64,000 nucleotides of DNA from assembly GCA_039925145.1 (NCBI GenBank), contig JBDSZL010000071.1, positions 29,376-93,375 of the forward strand. The letters run 5' to 3'. Below the pieces are notes generated by a model, which searched no databases, was not told the DNA's origin, and was given only the letters and a program-made list of their open reading frames with translations. Position numbers and translations under genes: made by a program. Source of the DNA: Vicinamibacterales bacterium. Lineage in GTDB: Bacteria > Acidobacteriota > Vicinamibacteria > Vicinamibacterales > SCN-69-37. Shown piece by piece: positions 57,966 through 64,000 of the stretch; position 1 is the first letter of the stretch; each line of letters begins with the position of its first letter.

Positions 57966-58002
57966 CCCAAAGGAGTGATGCCAGACTGGGGTCACCTTTG
58001 GG
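57966..58002. promoter_or_regulatory. Inverted repeat just upstream of the first PadR gene (candidate operator or 5' hairpin)
   Basis: CCCAAAGG(57966-73)..21 nt..CCTTTGGG(57995-58002), with inner GTGA/TCAC arms. It overlaps the SD region of the ATG at 58011. Confidence 0.3.
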
Positions 58003-58010
58003 AAGGCCAA

Positions 58011-58367
58011 ATGAGCGACACAACACGACACGACCGCGCTGAAGTCTGGCAGGGCACCCTGGCCCTTATGGTGCTCAAGACCCTGGAAACCCTGGGGCCG
58101 CTCCACGGCTTTGGTGTCGCCCGGCGAATCGAGCAAACGAGCGGGCACCGGCTGTCACTCAACCCCGGCACGCTCTACCCCACCCTGCTCAAGCTCGAAC
58201 AGGAGGGCTATATCGACTCTGAGTGGGGAACGTCGGATAACAACCGTCGCGCCCGCTTTTACCGCCTCACCCGCGCCGGGCGCAAGCAGGTAGCGCACGA
58301 AACCCGCGAATGGGAGAAAGCCACCGACATCGTGGCGCAGTTCCTCGCGCCAAAGGTGCCGCGATGA
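58011..58367 (+). CDS. PadR-family transcriptional regulator
   Basis: ..GTLALMVLKTLETLGPLHGFGVARRIEQ..LNPGTLYPTLLKLEQEGYIDSEWG..RRARFYRLT.. is a winged-HTH PadR signature. Confidence 0.88.
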   Translation: MSDTTRHDRAEVWQGTLALMVLKTLETLGPLHGFGVARRIEQTSGHRLSLNPGTLYPTLLKLEQEGYIDSEWGTSDNNRRARFYRLTRAGRKQVAHETREWEKATDIVAQFLAPKVPR

Positions 58368-61033
58368 GGCGGCTACGCGCGCTGGTGCTTCGCATGGCGG
58401 GCGTCTTCGGCGCAGGCCGTCGCGATCGCGACATCGACAACGAGCTGCGCGCGCATCGTGAGCTGCTGGCCGACGAGTACGCGCGATCGGGCCTCACGCC
58501 CGAAGCGGCGCGCCGCCGCGCGGCCGCCGACTTCGGCAGCGTCGCAACCGCAGCAGAGTCGTATCGCGACCGCCGCGGTCTGCGCTCGCTCGAGAGTCTC
58601 GCGCGGGACGGACGCATGGCGCTACGGTCACTCGCACGCGCCCCGATGCTGAGCGTCTCGATGATTCTCGTGCTCGGGCTCGGCATCGGACTCAGCACGG
58701 CGATGGTCGCTGTCTACTACGCGGTCGTGTGGGACACGCTGCCCGTCGCGGCACCAGAGCGGGTCGTCCGCATGACCCAGCAGTTTTCCGGCAAGGTCGA
58801 TCGACGGGTGCAGGGTCACCCGTCGCTGTTTTCGTACCCCGAATTGCAGACGTACCGCAGCCGCACCCACACGCTGTCTGCGGTCGCGGGGTCCCTGGAC
58901 GCCACGATGGGCTGGCGGCACGAGAAAGACGCGCGCCTTTTACACGGCGTGCTCGTTGCCGGCGACTACTTCAAGGTGCTCGCCATCACGCCGTCGCTCG
59001 GCCGTGCACTTGTGTCTGACGACGCGACCCGGCCGGTGATCGTCATCGGGCATCGCTTCTGGACCTCCGCCTTCGCTGCGGACCCCGGCGTCATCGGCCA
59101 AACCATGTGGCTCGACGGGTCGGCATACACCATCGTCGGGATCGGACCAGAGTCCTTTTCCTTTTCCGACTCCGATCAGCCTGTTGCCAGTTTTTGGCTG
59201 CCACTCGAAGCGGCGTATCAGGCGCAGGGCCGGGAAGCATTTCTTCAGGAGGCGAATGCCAGCTGGCTGCAGGTGATGGGACGGCTAGATGACCAGGCTT
59301 CTGTCAGCGCGGCGCAATCTGAAGCGGCGGTGGTGGCAGCCGAATTCGACCGGTCGTATCCGGGCAGACGGACCACGATCGCCATCAGTCGAGCGTCAAG
59401 AGTTGACCGGCAGGCGTTTCGGAGCGCCATCCTGACACTTGGCGCAATCGTGACAGCGTCTCTCGGCCTGTTGCTTTTGATCTGCGGATCGAATGCCGCG
59501 GCGTTACTGCTCGCTCGCGGTGCCGCCCGGCAGAAAGAGATCGCCGTTCGGATCGCGCTCGGCGCCGGGCGCGGGCACATCGTCAGGCAGCTGGCCGCCG
59601 AGGTCGTCCTCATCGCCAGCGCAAGTGCGCTGGTTGGGGTGGGCGTCTGCGTCGGCGCGTTGCACCAAACGGCGGCTTTTGTCCCAATGGGCGACCTGCT
59701 GTCGAGCATCCAGCCTGATGCCCGCGTGTTCGGGTTCGCGTTCGCGGCGGCCTTCGTGGTCGCATTCGCATTCGGACTGGCGCCTGCGCGTCAGGCCCTG
59801 CGCGTGGACTGCCTGGCCAATCTCAAAGGCGATCGATCGACGACCGGAGGCCTCACTGGGATGCGCCTTCGACGCGCATTGATTGCCGTACAGGTTGCGG
59901 TCTGCCTGCCGCTCCTCGTCGTGGCCGCCCTGATCGGCCGAAGCGTGTCTCAGGCGTCGGTGGTGGATCCCGGTTATGCGATCAAGGGGCTTTACGCGAT
60001 TGATCCGCAGGTGAGTTCGGCAATGCCCGGCTATCCCGGCGACCCGAGCCTTCGCGTCGGCGGCGACCTGGCCGACCGGCTCAAAGCAACCCCTGGCATC
60101 CACGCGGCCGGGCGTGCCCTGGTTGCTCCGTTTTTCGGAACAGGGATCGGCCGCGCCAGCGCCGACGCGAGCAAGCCTCTCGAAAGCACGCACTTCAATG
60201 TCGTGGACGACGCCTTCTTCAGAACCCTCGGCGTGCCGATCGTGGCGGGCCGCTCGTTCGCGCCGGGCGAAACGGGAGTGGTGATCGTCAACGCGAAGCT
60301 GGCACGTGGGTTCTGGGGCAACGAACAAGCTGCGTTGGGTCAGGCGCTCTACGTCCCGATCCCACTCTCGAAGAGTCCGTCACCGCAACCGATGCGTGTC
60401 GTCGGCGTGACACCAACGCTCCAGACGACCACGATCGGAGTGCCCGACGATCCGACGTACTATCTGCCCCTCGACGCGGGCATGGTCGGACATGCCTTTG
60501 TTCTCGTGCGAGCCGACGAGACCGTGCCCGTGGAGCGCCTTGTGGTCGCCGAACTTCGATCCATCGCGCCGGCGGCGCTGGCCACCGTGACGGCACTCGA
60601 CGCACGACTCGCCAACAGCACAAGACCAGCGCAGGTGGTTCTGCTCGTGGCGGGCTCCATCGGACTTCTCGCGCTCATGGTCGCCGCCGTCGGCGTCCAC
60701 GGCGTGATCTCGCATACGGTGGCGAGCCGGTCGCGTGACCTTGGGATTTATCAGGCGCTCGGCGCGACACCGCGGCAAGTGCTCGTGCTGATTCTCGGCT
60801 GGACGTTGCGCGGAGTGGCCATCGGCGCCGCGGCCGCTATTGCGATCGTCGCCGTCGCAGGACTCGTCTTCAGCGGTCCGCTTCGGACGGCGTTCAGCGG
60901 CCTGAGCTTGCTCGACGCCCCGTCGTTCGCGATCGGGCTCACGGTGTTAGCTGTCGCGATCGGCGCGGCCGCCTATCTCCCCGTGCGACGTGCGGTCACC
61001 ATGACGCCGCTCTCGGCCCTTCGGCACGACTAG
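58364..61033 (+). CDS. ADOP-type duplicated FtsX/MacB-like ABC permease (no ATPase gene adjacent)
   Basis: The ATG at 58364 overlaps the PadR stop (ATGA). The N-terminal permease-prefix is ..RDRDIDNELRAHRELLADEY..GLTPEAARRRA... Two FtsX-type 4-TM modules are separated by large periplasmic domains. Confidence 0.85.
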   Translation: MRRLRALVLRMAGVFGAGRRDRDIDNELRAHRELLADEYARSGLTPEAARRRAAADFGSVATAAESYRDRRGLRSLESLARDGRMALRSLARAPMLSVSMILVLGLGIGLSTAMVAVYYAVVWDTLPVAAPERVVRMTQQFSGKVDRRVQGHPSLFSYPELQTYRSRTHTLSAVAGSLDATMGWRHEKDARLLHGVLVAGDYFKVLAITPSLGRALVSDDATRPVIVIGHRFWTSAFAADPGVIGQTMWLDGSAYTIVGIGPESFSFSDSDQPVASFWLPLEAAYQAQGREAFLQEANASWLQVMGRLDDQASVSAAQSEAAVVAAEFDRSYPGRRTTIAISRASRVDRQAFRSAILTLGAIVTASLGLLLLICGSNAAALLLARGAARQKEIAVRIALGAGRGHIVRQLAAEVVLIASASALVGVGVCVGALHQTAAFVPMGDLLSSIQPDARVFGFAFAAAFVVAFAFGLAPARQALRVDCLANLKGDRSTTGGLTGMRLRRALIAVQVAVCLPLLVVAALIGRSVSQASVVDPGYAIKGLYAIDPQVSSAMPGYPGDPSLRVGGDLADRLKATPGIHAAGRALVAPFFGTGIGRASADASKPLESTHFNVVDDAFFRTLGVPIVAGRSFAPGETGVVIVNAKLARGFWGNEQAALGQALYVPIPLSKSPSPQPMRVVGVTPTLQTTTIGVPDDPTYYLPLDAGMVGHAFVLVRADETVPVERLVVAELRSIAPAALATVTALDARLANSTRPAQVVLLVAGSIGLLALMVAAVGVHGVISHTVASRSRDLGIYQALGATPRQVLVLILGWTLRGVAIGAAAAIAIVAVAGLVFSGPLRTAFSGLSLLDAPSFAIGLTVLAVAIGAAAYLPVRRAVTMTPLSALRHD

Positions 61034-61229
61034 GCCATCACAAACGCCGCGCTCGGAACCCTCAACAGGCCCAGGGCGCGAATGCTCAGGCCCATCAGAC
61101 GATTAAGCCAAAGGCCGACGTGTAAACTCCACCGCCCGCGCACCATGGCGGACCGACAGCATCGGGGCAACCGTCCCCATCGCCCGCGATCCTATTCCGG
61201 GACGCGCCGGTGCATGCTCTCGGCCCGGC

Positions 61230-61943
61230 TCACTTGATGGCACCAAAGGCGGCAAAACAGCCGTGCTTGTGGAGGATCTCGACGCGGCCGAACCCTACGG
61301 CACGGAGTACATCCGTCTGGTAGGCGAGCGACCGAGGCGTGTCCTCGTGCTCCACATAGGCGAGCACGTGATCGCGGTACTCGGCGCCGCGAACCGCCTC
61401 GAGGTACGCGCCATAGCGCGCCCACATCATCGACTGCACCTCGCCGGCGTCGTGCGACACCAGGTCGGCAATCCACATCGACCCGCCGCGCCGGAGCGTG
61501 GCGTAGCACTTCGAGAACACGGCACGCCACTCGTCGTCGGTCCGCAGGTGATGCAGGACGGCGGCGGCGACGATGATGTCGAAAGAGTCTCGGCCGATGT
61601 CGAGATCCCGAATGTCGCCGCGCACCGCGGTAACAGGGCGCGACGTCTGGCGTCCGATGCGTTCGACGGCGCGATCGAGCATCGGCTGGCTCAGATCCAC
61701 GACAGTGACCTCGAGATTGGGCACGCGCTCCAGTACCTTCAGCGAGTAGTTGCCGGCGCCGCAGCCGATATCGAGTAGCGCCGCGGCCCGCGGCGTCATG
61801 GCCGCCGCCGCTTCGGCGACGAGATCGAGCATCAACGGCGCGTCGATCGTGGCCGACTGGCCCGTCTCCAGATTCGAGAAGCGCTCCACGTCGTTGTCGA
61901 AGCGCGCGCGGATTTCATCGACGGTGGATTTCGGTTTCATCAT
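61230..61943 (-). CDS. Class I SAM-dependent methyltransferase
   Basis: ..LLDIGCGAGNYSL.. is motif I. I placed the start at the ATG at 61943 (MMKPKSTVDEIRARFDN..). Confidence 0.8.
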   Translation of the reverse strand: MMKPKSTVDEIRARFDNDVERFSNLETGQSATIDAPLMLDLVAEAAAAMTPRAAALLDIGCGAGNYSLKVLERVPNLEVTVVDLSQPMLDRAVERIGRQTSRPVTAVRGDIRDLDIGRDSFDIIVAAAVLHHLRTDDEWRAVFSKCYATLRRGGSMWIADLVSHDAGEVQSMMWARYGAYLEAVRGAEYRDHVLAYVEHEDTPRSLAYQTDVLRAVGFGRVEILHKHGCFAAFGAIK

Positions 61944-62113
61944 TTGGGCGGCACTGGAATCGGACGCACGTGGCCGCGAGCGCATCCTACACGATCGGGA
62001 TGATCGGGTGGCCCATCCCACTCTCGGCGGTTTTTATCACTGCCGCCTCCCGGTTCGGCGCGCCCTGATTGCTCTCTCCTTGACGTTCTAGGAGTGATTG
62101 GCTACAGTCTTCT

Positions 62114-62128
62114 CCTAGAGGATCTAGG
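62114..62128. promoter_or_regulatory. Perfect-arm inverted repeat CCTAGA-GGA-TCTAGG directly upstream of the second PadR gene (candidate operator)
   Basis: I read this directly. It ends 1 nt before the ATG at 62130. Confidence 0.3.
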
Positions 62129-62129
62129 C

Positions 62130-62471
62130 ATGAAGACACAGGTCGATCTGGTCCAGGGCACGCTGGACATGCTCATCTTGAAAGCCGTCTCGCTCGGCGG
62201 CCTGCACGGCTATGGCGTCCTCGTGCGGCTGCACCAGCTTACGAACGATCGGCTGCAGATTCAGCAGGGCTCTCTCTACCCAGCCCTGTACCGGCTGGAA
62301 CGACAGCAGCTGATCTCGTCCGAATGGGGCGAGAGCGAAAACAAACGGAAGGCGAAGTTCTACGCACTCACAGCCAAAGGCCGCCGCCAGCTCAAGACCG
62401 AAACGGATGCGTGGCACCGCTTCTCCGAGGTGGTGAAGGGCGTGCTCGACGCCGTGCCGGAGCGGTCATGA
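62130..62471 (+). CDS. PadR-family transcriptional regulator
   Basis: ..GTLDMLILKAVSLGGLHGYGVLVRL..IQQGSLYPALYRLERQQLISSEWG..KRKAKFYALT... Confidence 0.88.
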   Translation: MKTQVDLVQGTLDMLILKAVSLGGLHGYGVLVRLHQLTNDRLQIQQGSLYPALYRLERQQLISSEWGESENKRKAKFYALTAKGRRQLKTETDAWHRFSEVVKGVLDAVPERS

Positions 62472-64000
62472 GACTCTTTGGCCGCAGGAAGTTCGAACGC
62501 GAAATGGACGCGGAACTGCGGTTTCACGTCGAGACGTACGTGGACGATCTCGTCCGATCGGGTATCGCTCGTCCGGAGGCCGAACGTCGTGCGCGTGTCG
62601 CGTTCGGTCCGATCGCTGCGACAAAGGACGAATGCCGGCAGGCCTGGGGATGGCAGTGGCTCGACGACGTGCACGCCGACCTTCGGCTGACGTTCCGCAT
62701 TCTGCGACACAACCTGGGCTTCACCACGGTGGCGGTGCTGTCGCTCGCCCTGGGTATCGGTGCCACGACAGCGATCTTCGGACTCGTAGATGCCGTCGTC
62801 CTCCGGGGGTTGCCCGTGCGCGACCCGGCGCACCTGGTGTTCGTTCGGGCCGCGGGCACCGACGGACCCAACGGCGGACCACCCTATCCCTGTTTCGAGC
62901 TCTTCCGGGATCACGCCTCCAGCTTTGAAGCCCTGGCCGCGTTCAGCCACTCGAACATGGACCTGATCGTCGACGGTAACCGCGAGCAGGCTCGCGGCCT
63001 CTGGGTCTCCGGCAACTTCTACGAGCTGCTCGGCGTGCGGCCCATCGCAGGCCGAACGTTGTCGGCAAACGACGACGGCACGATAGGGTCGGGTGGCCCG
63101 GCAGGTCCGGTCGCGGTCATCAGCGAGCCGTTCTGGCGGCATCGCTTTGGCGGCGACCGCAACGTCATCGGTCGCCAAATTCGCATCTTCGATCACACCG
63201 CCACCATCGTCGGGGTCATGCCGGCGAATGCGATTTCGCCAGAGCCCGGGCGTCCCGTCGATCTGGCCGTGCCCATCACCCTTTCCGATCCGGGCAGCAT
63301 GAGGGATCGAGGTAGCTGGTGGCTGGACGTGGTGGGACGGCTCAAGCCGGGAACGACACGCCAACAGGCAACGGCGGAAACCGATGCGATCTTCCAGGCA
63401 TTCATGGCGGATTCCACGCTGAGTCCAGCGGTACGCAAGGTGGCCTTCGACCACATCGAACTGGCTGCGGCAGGCCAGGGTGTCGGAGACATCCGCCGGC
63501 GATACGCCAATCCGCTCACGGCGCTGATGATTCTCGCCGGGCTTGTGCTCATCGCCGCCTGCGTGAACGTGGCAAATCTGATGTTCGCGCGCGCGACATC
63601 CCGGGAGCGGGAATTCGCGCTGCGTGTGGCCATCGGCGCCGGTCACGGACGACTGGTCCGGCAGACGCTCACCGAAGCCACGGTACTTGTGGGTGCGGGG
63701 GCGCTCCTTGGGGTGGCGCTCGCCGTGCAAGGTGAGCGCGCGCTTGCGGCGTTCTTCGCCGGAGGGAGCAGGCCAATCGTCCTGAGCCTGTCGGTGAACG
63801 CGCGGCTGCTGCTCTTCACGCTGTCGGTCTCGGTGTTGACCGGCCTAGCGTTCGGACTCGTGCCCGCGTTGCGGGCCGCTCGCGTTGACCCAGCCAGGGG
63901 ACTGCGCGGAACTCGAACAGTTGCGGGAAGTCGCCGGGCCCGCACCGTCGGCCGGATACTGATGGTTCTGCAGCTCGCCGTCTCGATCGTGCTGCTCGTC
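62468..64000 (+). CDS. ADOP-type duplicated FtsX/MacB-like permease, 5' part (continues past the window end)
   Basis: This gene is not in the supplied ORF track because it has no stop in the window. My manual translation from the ATG at 62468 (ATGA overlap with the PadR stop) is open to 64000: MRLFGRRKFEREMDAELRFHVETYVDDLVRSGIARPEAERRARVAFG..DLRLTFRILRHNLGFTTVAVLSLALGIGATTAIFGLVDAVVLRGLPV... It is a paralog of 58364..61033. Confidence 0.85.
   Translation, partial: MRLFGRRKFEREMDAELRFHVETYVDDLVRSGIARPEAERRARVAFGPIAATKDECRQAWGWQWLDDVHADLRLTFRILRHNLGFTTVAVLSLALGIGATTAIFGLVDAVVLRGLPVRDPAHLVFVRAAGTDGPNGGPPYPCFELFRDHASSFEALAAFSHSNMDLIVDGNREQARGLWVSGNFYELLGVRPIAGRTLSANDDGTIGSGGPAGPVAVISEPFWRHRFGGDRNVIGRQIRIFDHTATIVGVMPANAISPEPGRPVDLAVPITLSDPGSMRDRGSWWLDVVGRLKPGTTRQQATAETDAIFQAFMADSTLSPAVRKVAFDHIELAAAGQGVGDIRRRYANPLTALMILAGLVLIAACVNVANLMFARATSREREFALRVAIGAGHGRLVRQTLTEATVLVGAGALLGVALAVQGERALAAFFAGGSRPIVLSLSVNARLLLFTLSVSVLTGLAFGLVPALRAARVDPARGLRGTRTVAGSRRARTVGRILMVLQLAVSIVLLV

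Overview
A visibly GC-rich bacterial chromosomal segment (roughly two-thirds G+C by eye, not computed). It is gene-dense and most genes are on the minus strand. The gene content points to Acidobacteriota: two PadR regulator + ADOP-type duplicated FtsX permease pairs, a PSCyt/DUF1549/DUF1553 + DUF1501 pair, a CarboxypepD_reg-type outer-membrane barrel, and several DinB/YdeI genes. I support about 58 protein-coding genes. Housekeeping genes are glnS, bcp, ada, murI, pckG, a GyrB/ParE-family topoisomerase subunit, and an asd-lysC-dapB-dapA-M20 lysine/aspartate-family operon. The rest are mainly secreted hydrolases and peptidases (M16, M2/ACE-like, S9, SGNH, CE1-like esterase, alpha/beta hydrolases, glutaminyl cyclase, DUF1080), transporters, and one dense signalling island at 38.2-44.6 kb. 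I found no rRNA, tRNA, CRISPR array, transposase, integrase or recognisable defence genes. Many long listed ORFs are antisense or out-of-frame artefacts of high GC, and several listed ORFs carry spurious N-terminal extensions, so I re-placed those starts using signal peptides, Shine-Dalgarno (SD) motifs and stop/start coupling. One real gene is absent from the ORF track because it runs off the window: the second ADOP permease at 62468..64000. The items most worth a second look are: (1) a promoter + multi-helix RNA + terminator upstream of asd, in which a 14-bp long-range helix competes with the terminator (candidate riboswitch-like leader or sRNA); (2) two arrays of a 15-nt palindrome with 36-nt periodicity, each starting right after a stop codon and together bracketing one hydrolase gene; (3) the signalling island, with one soluble PAS-PAS kinase and four receiver proteins carrying unusual outputs (CxxC..CxxC domain, REC-pseudoREC-unknown domain, REC-EAL, REC-HDOD); (4) a four-gene M2 peptidase / PSCyt-DUF1553 / DUF1501 / NHL operon. 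All functional calls rest on my reading of the translated sequences and on family knowledge. No database search was run.
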